NCBI RefSeq assembly: GCF_009914755.1
Contig: NC_060946.1
Reading direction: 5' to 3' (one strand)
Length of the DNA: 64,000 nucleotides
Source of the DNA: the human T2T-CHM13v2.0 reference genome, Homo sapiens
Shown here: positions 1-12,635 of the stretch, in pieces
How positions within the stretch are numbered: the stretch's first letter is position 1
How the letters are laid out: every line of letters starts with the position of its first letter
Made by a program: the position numbers and the translations under genes
Notes under the pieces: generated by a model
Databases searched by the model: none
The model's input: only the letters and a program-made list of their open reading frames with translations
Told to the model about the DNA's origin: nothing

Positions 1-67
1 TCTGAGTCCTTCTACCCTGCTTTGCCTCATGCTTTCCATGGCTGAGCCAATTTGGGGAGGTTTTGTC

Positions 68-287
68 ATCCTGTAGGAAGGACAGCCACACCTTCCTAGT
101 AATGGGCCAGGCCTTCTCCCTAACACAATGCACTGTTTCTAAAATCTGACTCACCTTTTGCAATCAATCTGTCGGTGGAGATTCTCATCACTAATTTTGG
201 GCCTTAGTATGTTGAGCCCATGGGCCAATTCTGAGCCCATGTGCTATCCCATGGTAGAGTATAGAATCTGAGAAGCTACCCAGATCT
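68..287 (+). repeat. Donor arm of ~220-bp inverted duplication (partner 1864-2083)
   Basis: Reverse complement aligns without gaps to 1864-2083, about 19 mismatches counted by eye. Confidence 0.95.
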
Positions 288-439
288 GTGGCCCATGCAA
301 GGAAGAGGACAAAGAGGACTCCATCCTGCCTCTGCCAGAAGTCCTCTAAGCATGAGACATTTCCCAGAGGGTTGATGGACTGCAATGGTTACCAGGAACA
401 TCCACTGCAGAAAGTTGGTCAGGGTCAGGATCCTGGAAT

Positions 440-601
440 TGTGACTTACCAAGTGAACTCATGTTGCACAAGTTTTCTATGCCTTCATCCCTCAACAACA
501 ACATCTACCTTAGAAAGTGTTCTGAAGATCAATCAAGCTAATTCACGCATGCAAAGTACTTAGCCCAGTGCCTGGCACAGCCTACTTGCTTAACAAATGT
601 T
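440..601 (+). mobile_element. MIR fragment
   Basis: MIR 3' end-like 'aaagtacttagcccagtgcctggcaca...aacaaatgtt'. Confidence 0.6.
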
Positions 602-1863
602 CGATGTGGTTCCTCGCCACAGTTGGGCAGCTCTGACAATTTTTCCTCTTTCTGAATCCACATCTGTTACCCTGTAATTTCCTTCCATCTGTCTTGTTCC
701 AATCCCTATGGCCACGCAGAATAGACCTGTTCCCTTTGCACATGTCAGCCTGTCAGAGGCATTGTAAGACAGGAATTGTCTCCTTCCAAACCTTGTCTTC
801 CCGTCTTGCACCTGACCCAATTCCCAGGTCAGCTTCACCCCTGTTGAATGCTGCGTCGAGCGCCTGGTGTTGTTTTGTGACTGCTCTTAAGGCTGGGGCC
901 CTTTGCTGTTACCACTGCTATGACAGATTTGGATCAGCCCTCTGCTTCCATCCTCCCTGGAATAGTTATCCTGAGAACTCTCTTTGCATCCCTACAAGAT
1001 ATATTTTTTTCCTATTTTGTTTGAGCATCAGATTTTCTAATGAGATGCAAAATTTCTAAAATTTTCTTCCTGGGAATAAAGTTGGTTTTATGCAAGAACT
1101 CAGAAATTGACCCATTCCACGGAGCATCGTGTTTGGATTGTGGGAGGGAGACATTGTGAGAGTTTCCCCCAGAACCAGCACTGAAGAAAATGCCCTTTGC
1201 CAGATACGCTACCAAAGGAGCTTAGCAAGGACAGGGGCCAGCTAGTGTTCTCTGGACATGGCCTAAGAAAGTGCAAGGTCTCCTGAAGGGTTTACAGACT
1301 TTGGTCTTCTTTTGGCAACTGCTCTGTGATGGTTGAGCCCCCCTGCCGGTGACTCCTTCCCCTGTGGAGGAGACTCTGCATCACCTAATAGTTCCAACGG
1401 CGACACGATGAGCCCTGGGGCCTGCACACCCCCAGGGCTTCTCCCTCCATAGGAAGGTCCTGCTGTTGAGTGTGCTCCTCCAGCCTCCCCCTTGGTCACA
1501 GGACAAGGGGTTCCACCCCTGCCTCCATGTCTCGTCTCTGCTGTGTCTAGCAGCTGCTCCTCACTCCTCCGCCTTCGCTTCCAGGTGTGAGAGCTGCTGC
1601 CCCTTCTCCCTCCACAACTCTGCCTGCAGTTTTCACAGGGCAGGACCTTCCTGAGGCTGAGGTCATCTCCAGGTGGGCCTCTGGTGGATGTCCCTGAACA
1701 CAGGTGGTTTTCTCCACCCTGCCTTTAAGTAGCGTCACGCTTCTTCCAAACCTTATTACCCATGGCGTCTCACCTGAGGAAGGTTCCCTATGTATCTGTG
1801 GGCTTTCCCTATGTGGGGAATCTGCACCGTGGCCATGTGATACACAGCTCATTATTTCCCAAA

Positions 1864-2083
1864 AGATCTGGGTAGCTTCTCAGATTCTATACTCTACCAT
1901 GGGATAACACATGGGCTCAGAATTGGCCCATGGGCTCAACATACCAAGGCCCAAAATTAGTGATGAGAATCTCTACCAATGGACTGATTGCAAACGGTGA
2001 GTCAGATTTTGGGAGTAGTGCACTGTGTTAGAGAGAAGCCTTGGCCCATTGCTAGGAAGGTGTGACTGTCCTTCCTACATGAT
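1864..2083 (-). repeat. Inverted copy of 68-287, flanked by 23-bp direct repeats (1834-1856, 2085-2107)
   Basis: catgtgatacacagctcattatt / catgcgatacacagctcattatt lie on either side of the inverted copy. Confidence 0.95.
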
Positions 2084-2084
2084 A

Positions 2085-2220
2085 CATGCGATACACAGCT
2101 CATTATTCTCCTCTTTTCGGAGGAGGATTCTGAGACTTGCGGAGTTGGCAGACTTGCCTAAGGTCACACGTTGAGTTTGTGGCAAGATTTAAATACAAAT
2201 CTGCTGGCTTGAATTCTAGC
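2085..2220 (-). mobile_element. MIR fragment
   Basis: Core-like 'gaggattctgagact...gacttgcctaaggtcacac'. Confidence 0.55.
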
Positions 2221-2689
2221 AGACCAGGCCACACAAAATCTAACAGACTACAGCACAGTCCGATGACACTGCCAAAGTCAATATCCAGAAGCAGTGCCAT
2301 TGTCCTTCTCCATTGCAGACAAGACAAAACAGCTCCAGAGGTGTCAAGATGCAATTTCCCAATATCAGACAGCAATGGACAGAGAATTCTAACCTAGCAT
2401 CTCCAGTTTCCAGCTCAAATCAGTCTCCATACACCATAAGCTACAATGCACTGAAAATAGAGGTCACCTGATGAGTCCATCAACAAACACACTGGGCTGA
2501 GCAACTCCTCAGCACCAGGATAGAGAAGGGAAAGGAGCTCCCATCCTTCAAGAAGAGGTAGCAAGGCACCACGGGGCTCCTGGCTAGGGAAGGCCATGTC
2601 ACCGACAGCACAGTCAGGAGAGAAATTAGCATAGTGCCGGGAGAGGGCTTGTCAAAGCTCATGGGTAGACTGGATTTATTTATTTTTAC

Positions 2690-2890
2690 TCAGCACACAT
2701 ACAGCACTCACTGTCCTCCAAACACTGTAATAAATGCTTTACAAAATTCGCACCCAAACCTCAAAGTGGCACACAGGAGGCACTCTTCTTATCCCTACTT
2801 TGCAGATGAGGAAATTGAGGCAAATTGCCGGTTTCAGTTCATTGTTCAGGGTCATTGGTGGCAAAGGGCATCTGGGCCAGACTTTCCAGT
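2690..2890 (-). mobile_element. MIR
   Basis: MIR core 'tatccctactttgcagatgaggaaattgaggc'. Confidence 0.75.
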
Positions 2891-3649
2891 CTCCTCAGAG
2901 ATGTAGGCCACAGTGCCAGTGCCCAGGGTGGGGGTGGTGGGAGGGGCCCAGCAAACAAGTGCATGTGTGCCACGGGACCCTTCAGAGGGACACCCCTTCC
3001 CACTCCTCCACTCGCTTCTCGCCACAGTCCTCAGAGGCCCAGACCCTGTTTCTCCAGCGTCAGCACTTTCCACGTGGACAGTGAGCACTGAACACAGCCC
3101 TGGCACCCACACAGGAGAAGCTTGTAACCATGCCGCCCCCAGGCCCGGGAGCTAGGGAACCAAGGCAGCATTCAGGGCGTGGGTGTAAGTGAGAAACTAG
3201 GGAGGACCAGCCTAGCACCCCCGGAACCAGGGAAGCCCCCAGCTGAAGAAGAAGGGGGCCTCCCTCCCAGACCCTCCTCCCTCGGGCTGCCATGAACACA
3301 GCTGGCATGGGGGGCAGAATTCAGGCTGTCAACATGAGGGCTTTTGACAAGACTGGTTCTGACAGCCTCAGAGAGCCACACACATCCCAGCATCGTAACT
3401 ATTTCTAACTTTGTGCTTCTTGTCACCCAGAAGCAGGGGAAACAAAGCAAAGCCATTTGGTGAAAGGTTTGGGCAGCTGCGATGCGGTGGATGCATCTTT
3501 GGGGAGGGGCAGGGGGACCATCCATGTGGGCTTCTGGGGCTGTGGCCTCTCCACGGACAGGAAGCCAGCTGATGCCCTTGCCCTGGAGCTAGGACAACCC
3601 AGGCCTTCCTGAGCCTCAGATGCAGGGCAGGGTGCTGAGCTCAAATGAG

Positions 3650-3819
3650 TCAATGCCCTGGCTCACCCGTGACATCATCTGGGAAGATCTTCAAAATACA
3701 GATGGCTGAATCCACTCCTAGAGCTGGGGAATTGATTGCTCTGGGGTGTGCCCTGGGAACCAGGATTTTTTAAGGTCCCTGAGTGATTCCAATAAACAGC
3801 AAAGTGTGTCAATCACTGG
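3650..3819. mobile_element. MER5A (hAT-Charlie) fragment
   Basis: 'catcatctgggaagatcttcaaaatacagatggctg...ggtccctgagtgattccaataaacagcaaagtgtgtcaatcactg' resembles MER5A. Confidence 0.65.
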
Positions 3820-5362
3820 ATCAGGTGACCCACAAACACAGTATGTGGTTTGGGGCAAGCTATTCCTTCCTTTGAGACTCAGTTTCCCTTTCTGGGAAAT
3901 AAGCATCTCAGACTAAATCATTTACAAGTTTATTTCTAGCTTAGTTTCTCTATGATTTAAAATGACACTGTCCTCATGTATGATTCCCCGTATAACTCAC
4001 AATTTCTGGCAACTGCTGCTCAGATAATTATTTTGTTGGCTGGTGAAGAAAATAACAAGACAGGAAAGTCAGCAGCAAGAATTCAGCTTTCTGGCTGGCC
4101 AGGCCTTGTGGGTCTGGTGGCGATGAGCCCGGCTGCCAGGCAGCACAGCGGCCGCCCGTCTTGGTGGGAAGCGCGGCAGCATGCGCGTGTGGAGATGCAT
4201 TGATGTATTAAGTCTGTCTGAAGTATCTCCCACAGTAATCTCATCTGGTGTTTTTTCTGTCTGAATTGCCAGCGAGCTACTGATTGTGACATCCACTTCT
4301 TCACTCCTTCGCGTCCAAAGCAGCTCTCGGAGTCTATTATCCATCATCATTTCTATCCTGAGTGAGCCTGCGCTGCCTTTAGAGCACAGAAAAGCTTCAT
4401 GGGGAGTTAGAAGGGCTCTTTCTTGTGATGAGTTTACAGAGAGATCAAAGCCAAACCAAAGCACAGGGAGGAGGGCAGGGGAGGGAGAAGCCATTCTCAC
4501 CTGTCCTGCCCTGCCCCAGCCAGCCTAAGACCAGGCCTCCAGAGCCCTGCCTGGCCCCTGCAGCTGCCTCCTCCGTGATCTGCCGGCCTCCAGTCCCTTC
4601 CTGTTGACGCCTTCACTGAAGGCCAACAAGACCTTTCTGGCATTTGAATCTAATCATGGTCTTCCTTTCTCTAAAATCCTCAGTGGATTCCCCAAGACCT
4701 TCATCAACACCCCTAAAATCTGAACCCCTAATCCATGGCTCAGGGAGAATCTCCAGTTCCCCACCTGGGGCCTCCCCCAGGCCCTGGGAGTTTCAGGGAT
4801 ACATAACTCCCAGAACTTCCCTACCCTCCCAGCTCCCACCCAGGCCAGGCCTCTTGAAGGCCGGTTCCATGTGAGACCTGCAGGCCTCAATGTGAGACAT
4901 TGAGGAGACACTGGGTCTGGATTTTAGTAGTGGAGAGTTGTTCTAAGTCCTCCCCCGTGTCTTTGCCTGAGGAGGCCCTGCCATTCCCCAAGTCCCAGGT
5001 CAGGCCTCATTGACCCTGTGAAACCTCCCACGGCCAGGCCTCTCTCCCTACAGAGCCAAGGCCCACTTCTGTAGATCTCTTCTTTCCTTTGAGCCAGCTC
5101 CAGAGTAGCACCTGCCGTGGCTCATGGAGCTATTTCTGAGCATGTCTGAGCCAGGACGGCAGTTTGCCCATTGCTGTGTGCCCAGTACAGAGCCAGGAGC
5201 CCATCTCCTGCACTCTGCTCCAGCCCTCTGTGCGTGTCCTGGCAGCTGCCCCAGGATGCGTGTGTGCCCATGCTGTAACTCGAGGCCCCCTTTCTGCACT
5301 GCCCACCTGGATAAACCCTGCTCCATTGTCAAGACTTAGATCAACAGTCACGGCTGTGGAAG

Positions 5363-5780
5363 GTGTTACGGGTTGAGCTGCGTCTCCCAAAAAGATAAGC
5401 TCAAGTTCAAAGCCCTAGTACCTGCCATGTGACCTTATTTAAAAATAGGGTCTGCGGAGATGAAGTGGAGTCAAGAAAAGGTCCTAGTGGAGGAGGATGA
5501 GCCCTAATCCAGCGACTGACATCCTTAGAAGAGAGAAATTTAAACAGAGAAGACGCAGGAACGACGGCCAGGTGAAGCCAGTGGCAGAGACCGGAGTGAA
5601 GCGACTATGAGCCAAGGGTTCCAGAGAATGCAGGCACCCCCATGCCCAGGAGCTGGGGAGCATTTTCCCCGGGAACCACGCCTTTGTGTTGAACGTCCAG
5701 CCTCCAAACCGTGAGACAATCGCTTTCTGGTGCTTCAACCACTCAATGGTGGCACTTCATGACAGCGGCTACGGGAAGGT
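5363..5780 (+). mobile_element. MLT1B/C (MaLR) solo LTR
   Basis: Starts 'tgttacgggttgagctgcgtctcccaaaaagata'; contains 'tgtgaccttattt' and 'ccctaatcca'. Confidence 0.8.
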
Positions 5781-7034
5781 GCTGCAGGCTGCCCGTCCCA
5801 AGGCGGGGTCCCAGGATCCTCTGTGTCTTCTCTCCCTGTCAGGGTGGCTTTCAGTCAGCCCAGAAGCCTCCTCTGTGGCAGGCGAAATCTGAGCAGTGTG
5901 GCCTCAAGGCCCTGGGAGGGGCAGATCAGATCACATAAGGCGAGCACCGCCCAGCATCCACCCACTGCGCCTGGGTGGCCTCACCGGAGACACCAGTCAC
6001 CCAGAGATGTGTGGAGTGTAGGCCCTGACTTCCAGAAGCTCAGAGGAGGCAGAAACACACAGCAAAGACAAACCAGAGAGGGTCCTCTCTGTAGCGGGGG
6101 GGTGCACAGTGAAAGGGGTGGTGTCCACGCAGGGCTGGTCAGGAAACCAGGTCCCTCCATGGGAAACTGAGAGGTGACTGGGGACTCACATGGACATTGG
6201 GAAGCCGAAGGAACATGGCTCAGGAATGTCACCGCAGAGTTCAGGAGAGCTGCGCCCTGCAGCCCAAGGGTATGGTGGGTGTTGCCTCAAGGCTCCCCTG
6301 GAAGTGAAAAAAGCAAGGAGAGTGTCCACGTGCCCATGGAGAAACTGTGGGTCCCACACCTGCCTGTATGCAGGGCTGTGGCTCCTCTGAGAGTCACGGT
6401 CCTGCTCCTCTTCCTCCAGCCTCACAGGCATCCAGATCATCACCAAATCCTCACCCACAGGGGAGGTGATTCTGGGAGGCATAGCTCCTGCAGTCTGTTG
6501 TCCCTTGGAGAGGAAAGACGGTGGTGATGGAGTGACCGTCGGGCGCCTGGCAGTGACCACTACTTGGTCATCTGAGTGCCTGGGCCACCCCTTTGCCTGC
6601 CCTGAACATCCAGGTAGAGGGGAGAGCATTTCAAACTTAGGTCCCACAAGACACAGCTGAACCTATGACTCCAAATTCACACTCAGTCTCTGAAGAGGGA
6701 GACAACAAAACCCACAGTGTCTATCTTTAGGGGAGGTTATTTCTTGGGTTCTGACACAGCCCTTCTCTGACATTCTGTAATTAAATCCTGATGTGTAGGG
6801 TCAACACCATGACAGTACCTTACATTGGGTGCCAAGAAAGGCGGGAAGCAGGGGAAACAAAGCAATGTTTGAATCACAGGTGAGTGGGCGTCTTCTCTTC
6901 CACGGCAGGGTTCGCTCCTGTGAGCCTTGTTTCTGCACCTGGTTATTTAACACCGTAGGTTTTCATACCTTCTTTCTTCCATTAACCCATGTCCTCTCTG
7001 CCTTCACCTGGGTCCTCAACTAGCTGTAGATCTG

Positions 7035-7544
7035 TGCAAGGTGAAGGGACCTAAACCTTTATCTCCAAAGGGCCTGGGTCGTTAGTGGCCTTGCCCCAGT
7101 TGGTTGTATATAGTTGTCCACTAACACTTCCAGTGGACCCAGGGCCCCACAGTGCGCTGCAGGACCCTGGGCTTCGGGTACACTCCTTCCTGCCCCCATG
7201 GCGGCCTCTGGGCCTCCTCTTGGTCAGGAGCAGTCATCCCAGCCAGCACAAGAGCCCCCCACTGCCTATGGGGTCAGAGGCATGGAGGAACCAAAGGCGC
7301 TGGATGGCCAGGCTCAGCTTCCAGGTCAATGGGCCTTTGCTGTCTCCCTGGTACACACATCTTCCTTGGGAGCTGAAACCATTAAGCCTACAGAGCCCAG
7401 AATCAGGAGGACAAAATGCACATGTTTTGCTCATGTATGATCTGAGGTCATGGGAAAAGAAACCTCTCCCAGTCACTTTCCTCATCCCCAAACCCATGGA
7501 TTTCTTAGCTATGGGAGAAATAGCATCGTTTACTGGGCATTAGG
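7035..7544 (-). mobile_element. ERV-L internal remnant: integrase C-terminus and dUTPase-like region (frameshifted)
   Basis: Minus-strand translation pieces ISPIA / IHG / LGSVGL / GDSKGPLTWKLSL / VLAGMTAPDQEE / GKATNDPGPLEIKV*V resemble ERV-L pol (VSPIARIHG, PGDTTMIPLNWKLRL, VLAGVIDPDYQ, GRTTNGPDPSGMKVWV). Confidence 0.75.
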
Positions 7545-7985
7545 TGGTATGGGTTGAAATGTGTCCCTTAAAAACAATATGTTGATGTCCTAAACTTCAG
7601 TACCTGTGAATGCAACCTGATCTGCAGACATAGTCAAGTTAGGATGAGGTCGTTAGGCTGGGCCCTGGTCCATAGGACCAGAGTCATTATAAAAAGGGGA
7701 AATTTAGACACGAAGACATGCACGGAGGGAAGACAACGTGAAGAGACACAGGGAGAAGGCCATGTGGGGATTGGAGTGAAGCTGCCACAAGCCAAGGGAT
7801 GTCTGGGGCCACCAGAAGCTGGAGGAGGGAAGGAAGGCTCCTGGCCCTGGAGGTTTCAGAGGGAGCGTGGTCCTGCCCTGCCGACACTGCCATGTTGGAT
7901 GTTTAGCCTCCAGAACTTGAGGGAAGACATCTCGGCTGTACGAGCCATTCTGTTGTGGTCCATTGTTCCTGCATCCCTGGAACAT
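7545..7985 (+). mobile_element. MLT1C solo LTR
   Basis: 'tggtatgggttgaaatgtgtccc...gccaagggatgtctggggccaccagaagctggag...tttcagagggagcgtggtcctgcc'. Confidence 0.85.
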
Positions 7986-8084
7986 GCTGCCGCAGAGGTG
8001 ATGCCATGTGAAAGGCACAGCAGAGGGCGAGGCCCCAGCATGGCTGCAGACGGAGGTCTGGACAGAGGCAAGAAACGCAGAGCT

Positions 8085-8497
8085 GTGTCCAGAGAAAATG
8101 ACCCCGCCACCACCGAGGATAAACCGCTGCTCCCTCTGGGATGGCAGTGGTCCAGCCCAATGCCTTCCCACCAGAGGAGTGCCTGGGTCACCAAGGAACA
8201 ATGCCATGTCAGTGTCCCCATGGGGGAGAGGCAGACGGGAGAGTCAGAGCCAGAGATGGAGACGTGAGGCTGTAAGCAGAGTTCAGGGATGATGATGGGC
8301 CATGAACTGTGGAGTGTGGGTGACTCCAAAAGGTGGAAAAGGCAAGAAAACGGTTTCTCCCAGGAGCCTCCAGAAGGAACCCCAGCCCCACCCACGCCCT
8401 GCTTGTATCCCAGTGAGGCCCACTGTGGACATTTGACCTCAGAACTGTAAAGAGAATCAATGTGTGTTGTTTCACCGCAGCAACAGGAAACTAACAT
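8085..8497 (+). mobile_element. MLT1D-like LTR
   Basis: 'ggaaaaggcaagaaaacggtttctcccaggagcctccagaaggaac...gcagcaacaggaaactaaca'; 5' boundary uncertain. Confidence 0.75.
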
Positions 8498-8985
8498 GCT
8501 TGGTGTTTCACAGTTAGATTTTTTTAATCCCCACTAGGGCCCAGCAGCAAGCCAGAAGCTATTTCTCAAAAAACAGGAGAGGGCGTGTGTTGCTCTAAAA
8601 TCTTGAAGTTCACCTAGGCCTATACAGACGCCCTCTCAACCACAGAAACCCCAAGTGCCACCAATCTGCAGCCTCTCAGAGATCCAGAGGCAGGGCAGCT
8701 TGCATGGAGCACAAGCCGTTGCAGAGCCTTCTCTTTTTCTGGGCACCACTCAAAACTAGCAGCCTTTGATTTCTTGGCAAATAGGCCAGAGCAGTGAGCC
8801 CACGGTGCATGGCTTGCCTCCAAACCCTGAGACTCCACACCCACGATGGATTGGGCTCCTCATGGCTACAGTGACCAGATGCAATAGTTAGCCCATCTCC
8901 TTGGAGGGAATATTTTGGCATATCGCAGACCACTGAATCCCTAGAGACCTCACGCACATGGCAGCTTCCTGCACCTTTAGAGAAT
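8498..8985 (-). mobile_element. ERV-L internal remnant: RT C-terminus, connection and RNase H-like region
   Basis: Pieces VRSLGIQWSAICQNIPSK, KAASFEWCPEKEKALQ, MQAALPL, FEK*LLACCWALV match ERV-L pol motifs VKFLGVQW..IPSK, KAASFEWGPEQEKALQ, AALPL, FEKQLLACYWALV. Confidence 0.85.
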
Positions 8986-10727
8986 GCAGTTCCTGGCATT
9001 GGCCCTACTCAGGCCATGGTGGAGAAGGACAGGGCCGCCCCTGTGCTTACAACACAGAGCATGGCCCCACGAGCCCAGGCAGGAGGGGAGACGTACATGG
9101 CTCACATCAGGAAAAGAGAGAACCAAAGAGCCTTCAAGACACAGAGAACAACCAGGCCAAGTTTGAGACCACCCAACCCATCTCTGGCAACAGGTAACAC
9201 CTGGGGTGGGGGCCGGGGGAACAGTCTCCAGGAACTTTAAAGTTTCCAGCGGAAGGTGAGGGGGCAGTTGGAGATTGATTTAGCTACTGGAGTGTTTGTC
9301 CCAGTTTTTGACTCAGAAAATGTTTGAAACCTCCTCCCTGTCTTTGAAGATTTCCAGAGAGGGGAAGACCCACACCTCCTCCGCACGGTGTTTGGCAGCT
9401 GGGCCCACTAACGGCAGTCCTCTTTCAAGTCCTCACTAACAAGGAGCCTGCTCCCCCTGTCACGTTTCTCATTTTACACAAGTAAACATCTTTTAATTGA
9501 AACTCCTGGGCATTTAACATTATTTATAACTCCTCAAATTAAAAGCCTCATGGAACTCTGGTTACATCTCATAACCGGTGATTCCCGGACTGCTCCCTAA
9601 TTATTTGGGAGATGTTGTGTAGCATCAGTAATTATAGGGTTGATTTAAAACCCAGTGATCGGGGTTGCCATTTCAAAGGGAGCCAAAAAGGCAATATGCA
9701 TTTGGACATCAAAGTCTCTTCTCAAGAGGAGAACCATCCAGGAAGCGTCAGAAGCCAAACTTCTAAGTTTTCACTTAATCGACAACAGTCATCGTGCTGG
9801 AATTATCCCAGGCCTTGCCTTGTTTTTGAATCTAATATCGTCTCCATCCTTAACCTCAACGGCTTACGTGCATGTGCTTGGACAGCCTTCCTCTACCAAG
9901 CAGCACCCTCCCTCTATTTGGAATTTGATGAAAGTGGCAGCTCACAGCTTTGCAGTGCTTAAGAACCACCTAGGAGCACCTGACAAAACCTTTACGCTGT
10001 GGGCACTCACTGGAACCATGGGGTGAGGCCTAGGGAAGCAGCATGGGTGAATCTGATGTGTCCTCCCAACCCCAGACTACATCCCCTCCAGGAAAGTCAG
10101 GCTTAGATATCCCTTGCTGTGTTTCTGCCTTATCTTTGCTGAGACGATGGGCTCCCCAGGCTTCTGGGCACAGCCACTGTGCTGTGGGCATTACCGATGG
10201 TCCCCTGGGCTTTCAAGATAGGTGGCAGGAGGTGAGATAAATGTTTGAGTCAGAAAGGCCTCGGCTTGAGCTGTATGGCTTCAGCCTCATTTTCTCTGCA
10301 CCGTCTGCAGAGGCCTGTCTCCTTGGCAGTGCTATTTTAGTCCTTGTAAACACAGCCACCAGGGAACAAAGGCCATCAGAGCGCTCAGCCTGGCCCCACG
10401 GAAACCTCTCCAGGAGGCCATTCTGCCTGCTCACTCCAAGGGCTCTGCCTTCAGGTCTGCCGCCTGTGCCGCCCCCTGCCCGCTCCTCCTGTGCTTGAAA
10501 TCTCTGTTCATTGACTTCTGCCCTGTTGAGCACCTTGGAGAGGTGACCCGGGTTTAAGGACGTTGCAGGGCTCTGGCCTCAGCACTCTGTTTCAAACAGG
10601 CCATTGGCGTTAACTTCCACACTTGACCCACAGCAAGAATAAGTGAGAAACATCCTCTAAGAACTAGGACACTGTTCCCCGAGTGGAAGAGGTCGTAACA
10701 CATCCACCTTACTTGGCTGGTTTCAGG

Positions 10728-10982
10728 GTAGAACCGAAAATTATAAAGCTTTTTGAAAAACATACGAGAGAAAATTTGGGGGATCTGGGGCTGGGCAAAG
10801 AGCTCTTAGATGTGAGCCCGAAAGCACAAGCCCTCAGAGGAAAAATGATCCACTGAACCTCATCAAAATTAAAAATGTTTGCTTTATGAACAAAACTGTT
10901 AATGGTGATAAAACAAGCTGAAGCATTGGACGAAATATTTGCAAATCACATATACAACAAAGGACTGGCATCCTAAATGTAT
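10728..10982 (+). mobile_element. L1M ORF2 3' fragment
   Basis: 'catcaaaattaaaaatgtttgct...aaatatttgcaaatcacatatacaacaaaggactgg'. Confidence 0.85.
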
Positions 10983-11438
10983 TTTAGCTGGAGGTGCCCT
11001 GTTGACGTCCAGCCCACGAGCCAGGTGGGTGTGTATGTCCAGCTTCTGCCTCCCATCCCTCAGCATCCCAGCAGAGGCAGAGATGACTCACACTGACTCA
11101 CTGCGAGTGGGTGGGGTGGAAGCTTGGGTCCCCCTGGGCCCCACTGATGGCTTCTCAGCTCCCCTAACTCATTGCATCTGAATGGACACCTCTGCCATCA
11201 GGGAGGGAGTAAGCTGAGGGCCAACTTACCTCTTTCAAAGGAGTTATGTGGGGGAAGTGGGGTGTTTCCTAGTTCCAGCCTGTAGCACTTATGCATTCTC
11301 ATTGATGTCGGGTGGGGCTCAGTCCTTCTGACACCATTTCTGCAGGGATTCAGACCGCCAGCTGCTTCTGTTCAGCATGGTTGGGGCACAGTGGAATGAA
11401 AGATAAACTCTCTCTGGGGCCCCACAGAAACTGCAAGT

Positions 11439-11476
11439 GGTGTGTGTGTGTGTGTATGTGTGTGTGCGCGTGTGTG
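11439..11476 (+). repeat. Imperfect (TG)n microsatellite
   Basis: tgtgtgtgtgtgtgtatgtgtgtgtgcgcgtgtgtg. Confidence 0.9.
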
Positions 11477-12043
11477 GTGAGCATGTGTGGTTTCCCTTCC
11501 GAAGAGTGTTTATGTTAAATTTTGTCAACTGTTCTCTTCAAGTAATATAAACCAGTGATTTGTTTATTAGCCTGGTCATATGGCGCAGTACATTGATTTT
11601 GTTAATATCAAATACCTCTCATTCCCAGGACACACTTAACTTGGTCGTGGTATATTATACGTGTTTATTTATCTCTATGTAAATATAGCTTATATGTATA
11701 TAATACAAATATATAACATAAATGTATATTTATATGTATATATTTTTATATACAACATTCATATATTTGCATTTTATATATATTGCTGGGTTTATTTAGT
11801 TCCTATTTTGTGGAATATGTCTGTGTTCATGCATTTTGTTCCTGAGGGATGTTCTGTATTAATGTTTGTCTGTTTTTTTCCACTGTCTTTGCCTAGTTTC
11901 AGTGTCATGGAAATGCCAACCTCATAAAATGAGTTGGGAAATGTTTCCTTTTCTGTTTTCTAGAATAGATTGTGCGGTGTCTCCTTTAACTGTTTCAGAG
12001 ATTTTATCATGAAAATTCTTTCACCTGGAGATTTATTTGCTAA

Positions 12044-12635
<592 letters not shown>

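Noticed and set aside
7644-8497. 207-aa and 213-aa overlapping ORFs
   Set aside because: They lie within MLT1 LTRs; chance open frames with no domain similarity.
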